Assembly: GCA_964637115.1 (NCBI GenBank)
Contig: CAZWVL010000002.1
Location: 64,001 to 128,000 of the forward strand
Origin: an uncultured Methanosarcinales archaeon
Lineage (GTDB): Archaea > Nanobdellota > Nanobdellia > Woesearchaeales > ARS49
Length of the DNA stretch: 64,000 nt
Reading direction: 5' to 3'
A model generated the notes under the pieces. The model saw nothing but the letters and a program-made list of their open reading frames with translations. It did not search any database and was not told where the DNA came from. Below are positions 25,770 through 35,160 of the stretch, in pieces (position 1 is the stretch's first letter; every line of letters starts with the position of its first letter). The translations under genes were made by a program, and so were the position numbers.

Positions 25770-28012
25770 CAAGTTTCGCCAAATACGTCCTTCACCACAC
25801 CAAGAATTACTTTTCTTAGTAATTCAACAATATCATTTGTATTATATGCATTATTTCCATCCTGATCAAGGTCCACGACACATTCACCTGCAGAAGGAGC
25901 AATGCATGAAGTTGTGTTAGTATTATAAGCTGTCAAGAGCAAAATCATATCACCGACATCAGCGTTTGTGTTATTGTTTAAATCGATATTTGAAATGCAC
26001 GGTGATGAAATGACTTTCACATCCACGCTTGCGTTGGCTGAACTGCCGTTGACAGTCGAAACTGCGGTAAGCCCGTGCATTCCTTCTGACAGATTGACCG
26101 TAATGCCAGAGCCTGTGCCAAGACTGCCGGAAACATTTGAAAACCAGCTGATAGTGCCGGCCGGAGAACTATTTGCAATAAGATTTGTGCCGTTAGAAAT
26201 AAGCACTGAATTTTGCCCAGGACTTAGAATGCTGACGGAAATATTGACGGGAGAATAAATAACGTTGAGTATAATGCTTGTTGTTGCAGATTCATTACCC
26301 TCAGTAACTGTTGCGGCAATTGTGTGGCTGTCAACAGACAAGGTTACGTCAACGCTTGCACCTTCTCCAAGAATTCCTGAGACGTTTGAAGTCCAGACAA
26401 CAGTAAAGTTATCTGAATTGTTGCCAGCAATTAAGGCAGTCAATGTAGTGCTGGAATAAACAGTAGCATTGTCAGCTGGAGCAGAAATGCTAATGTTCAA
26501 AGGTTCATCGGGAGCGGGAGGAGAATTGATTATGATGCTAACATTTGCAGATATAGTCTGATTTCCTTCTGCAGCAGTTGCAATAATAAAGTGAGCTCCA
26601 GGTGTCAGGTTAACAGCAATGCTCTCGCCCACTCCAAGCAGTCCAGAAACATTTGATGTCCATTCCACAGTTGCAGGTGATGAATTGCCAGACACGTTTG
26701 CAGACAGCAAAACTTCTCCTGTTATTGAAGCATTTTCCAAAGGAGAAATAATTGAAATTTCCAATTGCGCAGATGATGCATTATAGCCAAGATATTCAAG
26801 AGCTGCAAGGATATTAATGCGCGGATAACCGCTAATGTTCTTTCCAGTAGCCATAAGAGCTTCCCTGATGTCGGTAGGAGTTAAGGACTGGCTAGTCAAT
26901 CTAGCATATTGCTGCAGCAATGCAACAGCGCCAGAAACGTGCGGAGTTGACATCGAAGTGCCTGTCAATGAGCCGTATTTGTTCGGTGCTTGCGTGCTCA
27001 CGATAGATACACCTGGTGCAAGAACATCAAGCAAAGGACCACGATTTGAAAATGACGCCATAATGTCGGATTTATCTGTTGCACCAACACTGATCGCATT
27101 CGGCGAACAACCAGGATAATTAACTCCGTTAGCGTAACCATTATTGCCGGATGCAAACACACTAGTAATGCCCGCATTGTAAGCTGCATCAATTCCGGAA
27201 TCAAAGTAAGTCGGGCAGTTAGACTGGTTAACATAATTTCCTCCATCACCAATACTGCCGCTGATAACAGTAATGTTATAATCATCCTTGTGAGCAATGC
27301 AAAAGTCAATGCCTGCAACTATATCGGACAACGTGCAGGTATTCGAACAAATCTTTACTGAAACAATATTTACTCCAGGAGCAACTCCTACATACGTGCC
27401 ATTTGCACCGATAGTTCCGGAGACGTGAGTGCCATGGCTTGAAGAATGGACGTCAGTTGCAACATCATCCTCGGGAAGACCATTTGCACAACAATTTGAT
27501 GAACAATAGCACTTTTGCGCAACCACCCTGTTTTGGAATGCAGGATGAGAAGCTTGAATGCCGGTATCAAGCACACAAGCAGCAACGCCTTGGCCGGTCA
27601 GCGACGTGCCATTGATGACAATTGAATTAACAGCAGTTGCATTAATCAAAGGAGCGCTTTCTGACAAAGTCAATGAGAATGCAATGTCGGGGTACACTGC
27701 CTCGACTAATGGATGGTTTTTCAGCTTCTCAACACCCTCATCTGTTGCTTCGACGACCAAAATTGGCAGAGTTTCAAGCGTGCGTTCAGCCTGGACATCG
27801 CCTGTCTGGTCAACGCCTAAAACACTTTCCAGAAGACTTGGACTGTTAACGTCGTCCAGCACTTCCTGCTTTGAAATCTCTTCATTGAGAATTACTACCA
27901 CGCGCTCTGTTGGAATATCATATACTCTGCCAGTAATTGAAGGAGAACTGAAAAATAGCAATGTACCAAATGCAAACAAAACTGCAATACAAAGCATTAT
28001 TCTTGAATCCAT
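25766..28012 (-). CDS. Secreted S8 subtilisin-like protease with propeptide, Ig-like repeats and a C-terminal dockerin-like domain
   Basis: Catalytic triad VLDTG, SHGTHVSG and GTSMSTPHVSG. Three ISI.SP..N...W.SNVSG.LG.G repeats follow, then paired Ca-loops DLNNNTNADVGD-MILLL and DLDQDGNNAYNTND-IVELL. Confidence 0.92.
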   Translation of the reverse strand: MDSRIMLCIAVLFAFGTLLFFSSPSITGRVYDIPTERVVVILNEEISKQEVLDDVNSPSLLESVLGVDQTGDVQAERTLETLPILVVEATDEGVEKLKNHPLVEAVYPDIAFSLTLSESAPLINATAVNSIVINGTSLTGQGVAACVLDTGIQASHPAFQNRVVAQKCYCSSNCCANGLPEDDVATDVHSSSHGTHVSGTIGANGTYVGVAPGVNIVSVKICSNTCTLSDIVAGIDFCIAHKDDYNITVISGSIGDGGNYVNQSNCPTYFDSGIDAAYNAGITSVFASGNNGYANGVNYPGCSPNAISVGATDKSDIMASFSNRGPLLDVLAPGVSIVSTQAPNKYGSLTGTSMSTPHVSGAVALLQQYARLTSQSLTPTDIREALMATGKNISGYPRINILAALEYLGYNASSAQLEISIISPLENASITGEVLLSANVSGNSSPATVEWTSNVSGLLGVGESIAVNLTPGAHFIIATAAEGNQTISANVSIIINSPPAPDEPLNISISAPADNATVYSSTTLTALIAGNNSDNFTVVWTSNVSGILGEGASVDVTLSVDSHTIAATVTEGNESATTSIILNVIYSPVNISVSILSPGQNSVLISNGTNLIANSSPAGTISWFSNVSGSLGTGSGITVNLSEGMHGLTAVSTVNGSSANASVDVKVISSPCISNIDLNNNTNADVGDMILLLTAYNTNTTSCIAPSAGECVVDLDQDGNNAYNTNDIVELLRKVILGVVKDVFGETC

Positions 28013-28101
28013 AGATGTCCTCTTTTAATATCAGAAACACAAGTTCGTTTTTAATAATTGCGATGATAAGTTTTAAATAGAAAGCAACCCGCAATTTCAA
28101 C

Positions 28102-28896
28102 ATGAGGTGTGCATTATTGTTATTTGTTCTTGTCTCAGCAGTTGCTGTTCTCGCTGACACTTTTACATTGCAACCAGACACATCAACGATACAAACTCCT
28201 GGAAACATAATAATGAACTTAAATGCAAGCAACACACAGCCAATCTATGGACTGGAGCTCACAGTCGAAGATGAACCTGAGCGCGCCGTATTCTCGCACA
28301 TAGAAATAACCAGCAGGACAACAGGTGCAATCGTAACAAGCGCAACGCAAGGAAACGACATAGTCAAAGTAGCATTAATTTTGAGCGGAACTGGAAACGG
28401 CATAGCTCCAGGCAACGGTAGCATACTCAAAATCCACTATTCAGCCACGGGCTCAGGAAAAGTGAATTTTGACCCGTCCAACCTGAAAGTGTACAGCAAG
28501 AACGGAACGGCTATTGGCGGAAGCAGTATAGACGACACAGAAGTAACTCTTCAGCCAGGAAGCACATCAAGGAGTTCAAGCAGTTCTGGAAGTTCTGGCG
28601 GCGGAGGAAGCGGGAGCAGCGGAAAAAGTTCCGGCAAGTCAAGCTCAACTGCCAGCACCTCAGCAAACACACAACTTCCATTCCAGTTCACAGAATCAAA
28701 GCCATCAAAAGAAAACCTGGCGCCAACACTGCCTCCAGAAGTAATAGAAACAACAGCAAATGCAGAAATAGCACCAATACCACAGCAAATACCAGAACCT
28801 GGGAAAACATTCTGGCCGTGGATAATAGGAGCACTAGTTTCTCTTGCGGGTGGAGCGCTCCTTGTGTACGCGTACAAAAAACAGTCAAAAATATAG
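28102..28896 (+). CDS. Membrane-anchored cohesin-like protein
   Basis: Signal peptide, a beta domain of about 135 aa (IMNLNASNTQPIYGLELTVEDEP...IAPGNGSILKIHYSAT), a Ser/Gly then Pro/Glu linker, and a C-terminal TM helix with KK tail. Confidence 0.62.
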   Translation: MRCALLLFVLVSAVAVLADTFTLQPDTSTIQTPGNIIMNLNASNTQPIYGLELTVEDEPERAVFSHIEITSRTTGAIVTSATQGNDIVKVALILSGTGNGIAPGNGSILKIHYSATGSGKVNFDPSNLKVYSKNGTAIGGSSIDDTEVTLQPGSTSRSSSSSGSSGGGGSGSSGKSSGKSSSTASTSANTQLPFQFTESKPSKENLAPTLPPEVIETTANAEIAPIPQQIPEPGKTFWPWIIGALVSLAGGALLVYAYKKQSKI

Positions 28897-28898
28897 AA

Positions 28899-29198
28899 TT
28901 AACGAACCAACACTGTCTGCACCAAAGGCACGCCAACAAAATTGCTACCCTGCTGGCACACACTCAGCAATGTTCCCCATTCATTGGTATAAACCTGCTG
29001 TGGGTAAACAGGCTGCAAACCAGCATAAATGCATGCCTCGTTCGGCTGCATTTGCGCGCGCTGAGGACCATAATACCATCTGCCACCGCCACTAGCATAA
29101 TATTGACCGGTCAAAGTGTTCTGCAACTGGATAATGAGGCCTCCGATAGCAACAAGTGCTATTAAGCCAAGAAAAATGACTCCGAGTTTTTGCACCAT
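28899..29198 (-). CDS. Small membrane-anchored protein
   Basis: N-terminal TM helix, LTGQY motif and two Cys. Confidence 0.6.
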   Translation of the reverse strand: MVQKLGVIFLGLIALVAIGGLIIQLQNTLTGQYYASGGGRWYYGPQRAQMQPNEACIYAGLQPVYPQQVYTNEWGTLLSVCQQGSNFVGVPLVQTVLVR

Positions 29199-29244
29199 CT
29201 TTTTTCATACAATAAAACGATTAATGCTTATATAAAGGTTGCGC

Positions 29245-29499
29245 TTAAGGGAATTCTGTAGAGCCAACCGTTGCTGGCAGCACAACAAAATGGTGCAGTG
29301 CATCAGACAAAATTAATGCAGCTCCAACTATGAAAGCCCATTCTGAAAATGTTTTAAAAAAAAGAAGCACAATTCCGACATAACCGTGATGAGTACGTAC
29401 CGGCCATTGAACATCACGTGCGCGAATTTTGAAACCAAACCTTCCAAGACAGGTGAATAATTCGAGAACTGCGGTTAGCACAAGAATTTCTGCAAGCAT
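29245..29499 (-). CDS. Small membrane protein
   Basis: Three hydrophobic segments with HHGY and DALHH. Confidence 0.6.
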   Translation of the reverse strand: MLAEILVLTAVLELFTCLGRFGFKIRARDVQWPVRTHHGYVGIVLLFFKTFSEWAFIVGAALILSDALHHFVVLPATVGSTEFP

Positions 29500-29502
29500 A
29501 AG

Positions 29503-29575
29503 CGCCCCCGAGGAGACTCGAACTCCTGACCTATGGATTAACAGTCCATCGCTCTACCGGCTGAGCTACGGGGGC
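29503..29575 (-). tRNA. tRNA-Asn(GTT)
   Basis: Acceptor GCCCCCG/CGGGGGC, anticodon arm ATGGA-CT-GTT-AA-TCCAT, T-loop AGTTCGAGTCT. Confidence 0.95.
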
Positions 29576-29655
29576 ATACGCTTGAGGGGCTAGCAGGAAC
29601 TTTTAAAGCTTTCTGCCAAGCAAACTTTATATACACCGGCGAAGGAAAATCGAAT

Positions 29656-29916
29656 ATGCTTGAAAATTACGATTTAGAATTAGAGGCAGTAGAACAAAAA
29701 ATCAAGGCAGAAAAAGCCAAAATCGTCTGCGTACAACTTCCAGATGGACTGAAGCCTTACGCAAAAGAGATAGTTGATGAACTGCACAAGAGAACCGGTG
29801 CAACCATTATTATCTGGCTCGGCAGCTGCTGGGGCGCGTGTGATGTTCCATTGGAAGTAAACAGATTGGGCGTTGATTTGCTAGTGCAATGGGGGCATTC
29901 TGAATGGGGACATTAG
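29656..29916 (+). CDS. dph2: Diphthamide synthesis Dph2, N-terminal domain only (86 aa)
   Basis: VQLPDGLK, SCWGACD and LLVQWGHS are present. Full-length archaeal Dph2 is about 340 aa. Confidence 0.85.
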   Translation: MLENYDLELEAVEQKIKAEKAKIVCVQLPDGLKPYAKEIVDELHKRTGATIIIWLGSCWGACDVPLEVNRLGVDLLVQWGHSEWGH

Positions 29917-30200
29917 CACAAGTAGCACCAGTACTTGGGATTCTTGCAGGATTCATAATAGCCAAGCTTACACCATACGAATTCAAACAGGGTGAAAAGT
30001 ATTTCAGACGTTTAATGTATGCGCTAGCAATAGTCATTATTGGCGTTGCGGCATGGCAGTACACTCACGGGCACGGCATGCAGCTTGAAGTGCCAATATT
30101 TCTCTTCTTCATCCCCTTCGGAACACTTTACCACAAACGCTATCTTCTATTGGGCAGCGCGGCAGTCATATACGCTGCTATAGCTCTATTGCTTTTCTAG
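29904..30200 (+). CDS. Small membrane protein
   Basis: 98 aa with about 4 hydrophobic segments; it overlaps the dph2 stop. Confidence 0.6.
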   Translation: MGTLAQVAPVLGILAGFIIAKLTPYEFKQGEKYFRRLMYALAIVIIGVAAWQYTHGHGMQLEVPIFLFFIPFGTLYHKRYLLLGSAAVIYAAIALLLF

Positions 30201-30687
30201 CACGCCAGAAATATTGCAGAGCTGAAACAACTGACAAGACAACTGCAACAAGCAAGATCCACCAGGCAAACGGTGCACCCAACAAAATAGCTATTATACC
30301 TGCCATCTCTGCAGCAGTTTTCAATTTACCAAGAATGGAGGCAGAAATTATTATTTTTGGCGAGACAAGCAAACGGAAACCCAAAACGGCAAATTCCCTT
30401 GCAATGATAACCCAAGCCATCCACACAGGAACCCCCCATTCAATAAGAAAAATCAGTGCAGTCATTATCAGCAACTTATCCGCAACAGGGTCCAGGATTA
30501 TGCCAAACTTAGTAACCTTTTTCTGTTTGCGTGCTACGTAACCGTCTACGGCATCTGTAGCGGCCAAAATGCAAAAAACAACTGCGGCAATCCAATTTCT
30601 AAAAGGAGTATCAGCATGCAGAATTGCAACAAAAACAGGAATGAAAAAAATCCTTGCAAGCGTCAACAAATTAGCCCAGTTTACCAT
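30178..30687 (-). CDS. pgsA: CDP-alcohol phosphatidyltransferase (PgsA-like)
   Basis: NLLTLARI, signature DAVDGYVARKQKKVTKFGIILDPVADK, IIAREF and LGKLKT. Confidence 0.9.
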   Translation of the reverse strand: MVNWANLLTLARIFFIPVFVAILHADTPFRNWIAAVVFCILAATDAVDGYVARKQKKVTKFGIILDPVADKLLIMTALIFLIEWGVPVWMAWVIIAREFAVLGFRLLVSPKIIISASILGKLKTAAEMAGIIAILLGAPFAWWILLVAVVLSVVSALQYFWRARKAIEL

Positions 30688-31187
30688 TTGACATCACGAA
30701 CACCCAGCCAATATCCGATATGATTGGTTACGATATGACCAAAAGCACTGATGAAGACAACCAAGAATGCGGAAAACCAGCCCGGAAAGAAAACAATGCT
30801 GCCAAAAATCAACGCACCAACAGTATAGTCAATCTGGTCAAATGGAATCCACGGCTTACCGCTTTTGATGCCCACTCGGCGTTTGAAAAAACTCTTCACA
30901 GCATCGCCGATTAAAGCGCCGCAGCCAACCAAGACAGACCATGTCAGAGCTGAAAAGTCAAACGGCCAATACAATCGTGATAAAATCATGCCTGCAAGCA
31001 CGGCAACCAAAACACCTATGACAAAACCAGCCCAAGTCTTATGACTGCCAAATATCCTTATTCCGCCAAGAGACAAGCCAAAGTCCATAGAGGCATTAAA
31101 AGGACTGTATTTCGCCAGCACAGGCGGCGCCATATTTGCAAGATAAGCAGGAATCATGAGGTAAAATAGCTGCAATATTGTAACCAT
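30681..31187 (-). CDS. carS: CDP-archaeol synthase
   Basis: PAYLANMAP, GSHKTWAG and GDAVKSFFKRRVGIKSGKPWIPFDQID. Confidence 0.9.
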   Translation of the reverse strand: MVTILQLFYLMIPAYLANMAPPVLAKYSPFNASMDFGLSLGGIRIFGSHKTWAGFVIGVLVAVLAGMILSRLYWPFDFSALTWSVLVGCGALIGDAVKSFFKRRVGIKSGKPWIPFDQIDYTVGALIFGSIVFFPGWFSAFLVVFISAFGHIVTNHIGYWLGVRDVKW

Positions 31188-31253
31188 GCCTTTATTGATT
31201 ACAGAAACCTTTAAATAGATTTAGAATCACTTTAAAAAGAAAAAGAGGCAATA

Positions 31254-31559
31254 ATGTTAACGATATACGACTGGGTCTATGGCATCGCCACGCTTACAGT
31301 TGTCATTCTAAGCATAATAGCAGGATTTATTTCCATAACAATGTTTCATTCAACTGTGCATAGAAAGTATCTTGCGGCATGGAGATATCTTCTGGTTGCA
31401 CTGATATTGTTTGCTATCGAAGAACTTGTAGGAACATTGAAAGTCTTCGGCATCTGGAGTACTCCGTGGCTAACGCACGTCATTCCAAGCTTCATCCTTG
31501 TATTTTTGATAGCAGCACTGATTGCCCAAATTAACATCACGCGAGGATGCCACGAATGA
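31254..31559 (+). CDS. Three-TM membrane protein (paralogue 1)
   Basis: WRYLLVALILFAIEELVGTL motif. Confidence 0.7.
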   Translation: MLTIYDWVYGIATLTVVILSIIAGFISITMFHSTVHRKYLAAWRYLLVALILFAIEELVGTLKVFGIWSTPWLTHVIPSFILVFLIAALIAQINITRGCHE

Positions 31560-31864
31560 TAGGACTCAGCCTTGCAGAAGCCGCACCATTGTATAACCTC
31601 GGCTTTGTCATAATTGCAATGTTCTTATTCATCAAATTGTTTACTACTCCAGTCAGAGACAGAAGAGTTTACCTGATGCCGTGGAAACTTTTGTTTTTCG
31701 CATTAATGGTGTTCGTAGTGGAAGAAGTCCTAACCGTGCTCAGACAAATGGAAATCATAAACATTCCAAAACACATCAACGGATTCTTTGAACTGATAAT
31801 CATATGCACGTTCATTTACACTTTACTTCTGCAGAAAGAACACATAAAATTCACGAAAGCCTAG
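31547..31864 (+). CDS. Three-TM membrane protein (paralogue 2)
   Basis: WKLLFFALMVFVVEEVLTVL motif, matching the preceding gene. Confidence 0.7.
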   Translation: MPRMIGLSLAEAAPLYNLGFVIIAMFLFIKLFTTPVRDRRVYLMPWKLLFFALMVFVVEEVLTVLRQMEIINIPKHINGFFELIIICTFIYTLLLQKEHIKFTKA

Positions 31865-32081
31865 AACGAGCTTTTAACGCTTCCTCGTGCATGCCAACAA
31901 GATCATAAGCTGCAGAAGCCATCCTGAACTTTCTTTGCAATGCGTACAAGTTTGCCAGCATAATCACTGCTGAACGCAAGTCACGGCCACGCAATTTAGG
32001 AAGCAAACGTTCAAGAATGCTCACTCTTTCCTTGTCAGAACGCGCAATGTCAACCAGCTGTTCGACATCAGCAAACTTCAT
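31851..32081 (-). CDS. Small helical hypothetical protein
   Basis: 76 aa; its start is coupled to the stop of the upstream gene. Confidence 0.55.
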   Translation of the reverse strand: MKFADVEQLVDIARSDKERVSILERLLPKLRGRDLRSAVIMLANLYALQRKFRMASAAYDLVGMHEEALKARSRLS

Positions 32082-32428
32082 ACCCTGACGTTGATTGTTT
32101 TTGAAACCTGCATTTTGCCGTCGCTGGCCGTAATCGAAACCTGGCCATCCTTTTCAGTTATTATTATCAGAACATCACCGCTCAAGCCAGCACCGACACC
32201 AGGGCTCGGAGAGACGCTGAATGACAATGGATCTCCATCGGGGTCAAAAAAAGCAGCGTTCAAATCAAGATTCAAACGGTTGCCATTCGTGCTAAAATCA
32301 GATGTGGGAAAGTCCCACTGTGGAGGAAGATTACCTGCAAATGCGCCTGTAGGGGTCGTGACACTCGAAAAACCAGCAAGCACGCCCAACATTAGCAAAA
32401 TGACGCTCAGATACCAAACTTCCTTCAT
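32078..32428 (-). CDS. Secreted Ig/cadherin-like domain protein
   Basis: Start revised to MKEVW after a GGTGA SD. Signal helix, then NLPPQW, FFDPDGDPLSFS and ITASDG. Confidence 0.7.
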   Translation of the reverse strand: MKEVWYLSVILLMLGVLAGFSSVTTPTGAFAGNLPPQWDFPTSDFSTNGNRLNLDLNAAFFDPDGDPLSFSVSPSPGVGAGLSGDVLIIITEKDGQVSITASDGKMQVSKTINVRV

Positions 32429-32433
32429 TTCAG

Positions 32434-32721
32434 TCACCTTTTTAGAGTTCTTCTTTTCACAGCCCTGCATTCAAGGCAAGTAATGACTTGTCTGCCAGAG
32501 CGAACGCGTATCATTGCGTTCTTTCCCGCTGACAAAAAGGCATTGCATGCCCTGCAAAAACGGCTCTTCCACTTCTGCGGAATGCGCACCTTGTGGCGCG
32601 ATGCCATCTTTCTGGCCAGCGTAACATAACGCTTTGCAAAAGCTGAACGTATAAGCGCTTGTTCAAAAAGCGCTTCTATTCGTTTTGCAGCGATGCGTTG
32701 TCTCGCGGCAGCAGGTTTCAC
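32434..32721 (-). CDS. rnp4: Ribonuclease P protein component 4 (Rpp21)
   Basis: IAAKRIEALFEQA, RYVTLARKMASRHKVRIP and the zinc ribbon FCRAC...TCLEC. Confidence 0.9.
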   Translation of the reverse strand: MKPAAARQRIAAKRIEALFEQALIRSAFAKRYVTLARKMASRHKVRIPQKWKSRFCRACNAFLSAGKNAMIRVRSGRQVITCLECRAVKRRTLKR

Positions 32722-32774
32722 ACAGATACTCTAGTCAATAAAACTATTTAAACATTTGGTTTAAATTTTATGAT

Positions 32775-33950
32775 ATGCAATGGCTAAAGAACCTGTTCAG
32801 AGAGAAAAAGACGTTTGAACAGATAAAACCCTGGATTGATGAAAAAATGGACGAATTCAGCAGAGAAAGAAAACAGTCCATTGCAACAGCGGAGCAGGAA
32901 TTTCCTCAATTGCTAATAACGGCCAAACAATCAATAGTTTCCCTTGAACAAGCAGAATTGCGCAATCCAGATATTCCTGAACGCGCGAAACACTTCATGC
33001 AAGGAAACAGAGACCAATTCCTTAAGTTAACCAGGCGCTTTCTGGAAAATCTTCTTGTGCCAAAAGAAGCTCCGGATTTCAGCCAGATGGATCTTCTGTT
33101 CCATCAGTATGCACAAAACACTGCACGTCCTGGAGCAATCTTATCAGAATTTTTCGGCGCGGAAGTAAGCAATATCAGAAAAGCACTTGCTGAAATTGAA
33201 AAACAAATTCAAGAAATCAAAAGAGTTCAGATAAAAATGGATGGAATGCAAAAAATCAATGGCATTCTTACACAAATTGAAAACGTGAAAAAAGAACGAG
33301 AATCAATAGAAAAACAGCAAGCCGATTTTGAAAAACAGCTGCAACAATTCAAAACAGTCTACGAAACTCTCAAAAAAGAAAAAGAAGACTTCATCAACAA
33401 GCCAGATTATGTGAAAGTCAAAGAAGACCTGGTAAGTGCGGCAAAAGAACGCCAGGAAGCAGAGCAATCCATTGCGAGCATTTTCCTTCCTTTATCCGAT
33501 GCATTAAAAAAATATGCGCACGACATAAAAAATGAAAAGCTGGCAGGTTATGCAGACAATCCGCTCACTGCACTGATGCACGATTATTCATTCAGCATTT
33601 TAAAATACGTTCCTGGCTTGATTGAAGCAATAAACAGCGGAAAACTGGGGCTTAAGCCAGAAAAAACGCAGAAAGCACTTGAAGCATTAGGCCACGTCAA
33701 CAAAGATGAACTCGGTCCAATGTTGCACCGCTATGCAAACGCAAAAAAACGCGAAACCGACATTCATCACGATGTCGCACAAAGGCCCGTAATCAAAGAA
33801 TACGAACAATACGCAATATCTTTGAAAACGAAAGCAGCAGAAATACAACAATTGGAGGGCACTATTGCAAAACTTATCCTGCCAACTGATGAACAGCTGA
33901 AAGAAGAATTAAAGCAGGAATTGGAAAAAAACAGAATTGTGCTAATTTAA
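32775..33950 (+). CDS. Coiled-coil hypothetical protein
   Basis: 391 aa, E/K/Q-rich and helical. Confidence 0.7.
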   Translation: MQWLKNLFREKKTFEQIKPWIDEKMDEFSRERKQSIATAEQEFPQLLITAKQSIVSLEQAELRNPDIPERAKHFMQGNRDQFLKLTRRFLENLLVPKEAPDFSQMDLLFHQYAQNTARPGAILSEFFGAEVSNIRKALAEIEKQIQEIKRVQIKMDGMQKINGILTQIENVKKERESIEKQQADFEKQLQQFKTVYETLKKEKEDFINKPDYVKVKEDLVSAAKERQEAEQSIASIFLPLSDALKKYAHDIKNEKLAGYADNPLTALMHDYSFSILKYVPGLIEAINSGKLGLKPEKTQKALEALGHVNKDELGPMLHRYANAKKRETDIHHDVAQRPVIKEYEQYAISLKTKAAEIQQLEGTIAKLILPTDEQLKEELKQELEKNRIVLI

Positions 33951-35096
33951 TATGTTTTCTTTCAAGGCTGTAATGCCCGGCAGATTCTTGCCTTCCAAAA
34001 ACTCCAATGCTGCACCGCCGCCAGTGCTGACATGAGTGAATTTGTTCTCTAATTTTGCTCTTTCGATTGCAGCAACAGAATCTCCACCGCCAACAATAGT
34101 AACGCCTTTGCATTTCGACATTGCTTTTGCAACTGCCAAAGTGCCTTTGTCAAAAGGTTTTTTCTCAAACATACCCATCGGGCCGTTCCAAAACACATTT
34201 TTTGCTTCTTTAATGATTTCCGCATAAATCGCCTGCGTTTCAGGACCAATGTCCAAACCAACAGCAGATTTCGGCATTCTATGAATTGAAACAGCCTTCT
34301 TTGAATCAAGAACAACATCAACAGGCAGAATAATTTTCTTTTTTCCTTTCTTCAGCAAAGATTTTGCCAAAGACACTTTATTTGGCTCAAATCTGCTTTT
34401 GCCGACTTTATAACCCAATGCTTTGTAGAAAGTAAACATCATTGCACCGCCAATAAGAATGGAGTCAACTTTTTTCAACAGATTCTCAATAACGCCAATC
34501 TTGTCGCTCACTTTAGCGCCGCCCATAATGGCAATAAAAGGGTGCTTTGGGTTTTTCAACAGCGATGAGAGCATTGTGATTTCTTTTTCCAATGAGAAGC
34601 CGGCATATGAGGGCAGGAATTCTGTAATTGCGCTGACGCTCGAATGCGCTCTATGACAGACAGAAAAGGCATCATTAACATAGATGTCTGCAATGGCGGC
34701 CAATTTTTGTGCAAAACCCTTGTCGTTTGCCTCTTCCTCTGGATAAAAGCGCAGATTTTCCAAGAGCAAAACATCGCCTTCGTGCATTCCTCTTACTCTT
34801 TCTTCCACATCACTGCCAATGCAGTCAGGCTCGTATAATACAGGATATTTCAATAATTTGGACAACTTTTTTGCAACAGGAGCAAGCCTAAGCTCTTCAA
34901 CAACCGCACCATTAGGCCTGCCCAAGTGTGACATAAGAATTACTTTTGCTCCTTTTTTCCTCAAGAAGTTAATAGTGGGCAGGGCAGCACGCAAACGCTT
35001 GTCGTCTGTTACCTTGCCGTTCTTCAAAGGCACGTCAAACCCAACACGCACAAGAACATTTTTGCCAGCAACACCTGCCTCTTTAACTGAACGCAT
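33942..35096 (-). CDS. pgk: Phosphoglycerate kinase
   Basis: Start revised to MRSVKE. Motifs [50 protein letters not shown] and STGGGA. Confidence 0.97.
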   Translation of the reverse strand: MRSVKEAGVAGKNVLVRVGFDVPLKNGKVTDDKRLRAALPTINFLRKKGAKVILMSHLGRPNGAVVEELRLAPVAKKLSKLLKYPVLYEPDCIGSDVEERVRGMHEGDVLLLENLRFYPEEEANDKGFAQKLAAIADIYVNDAFSVCHRAHSSVSAITEFLPSYAGFSLEKEITMLSSLLKNPKHPFIAIMGGAKVSDKIGVIENLLKKVDSILIGGAMMFTFYKALGYKVGKSRFEPNKVSLAKSLLKKGKKKIILPVDVVLDSKKAVSIHRMPKSAVGLDIGPETQAIYAEIIKEAKNVFWNGPMGMFEKKPFDKGTLAVAKAMSKCKGVTIVGGGDSVAAIERAKLENKFTHVSTGGGAALEFLEGKNLPGITALKENILN

Positions 35097-35160
35097 ATGA
35101 TGACTTCCGTACCATACTTTTAAATATTTTTGCATAAGTCACATAAGAAAAGGTGATTAA

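Noticed and set aside
29904-30200. Frameshifted continuation of dph2
   Set aside because: The downstream ORF is a hydrophobic membrane protein with no Cys and no Dph2 motifs.
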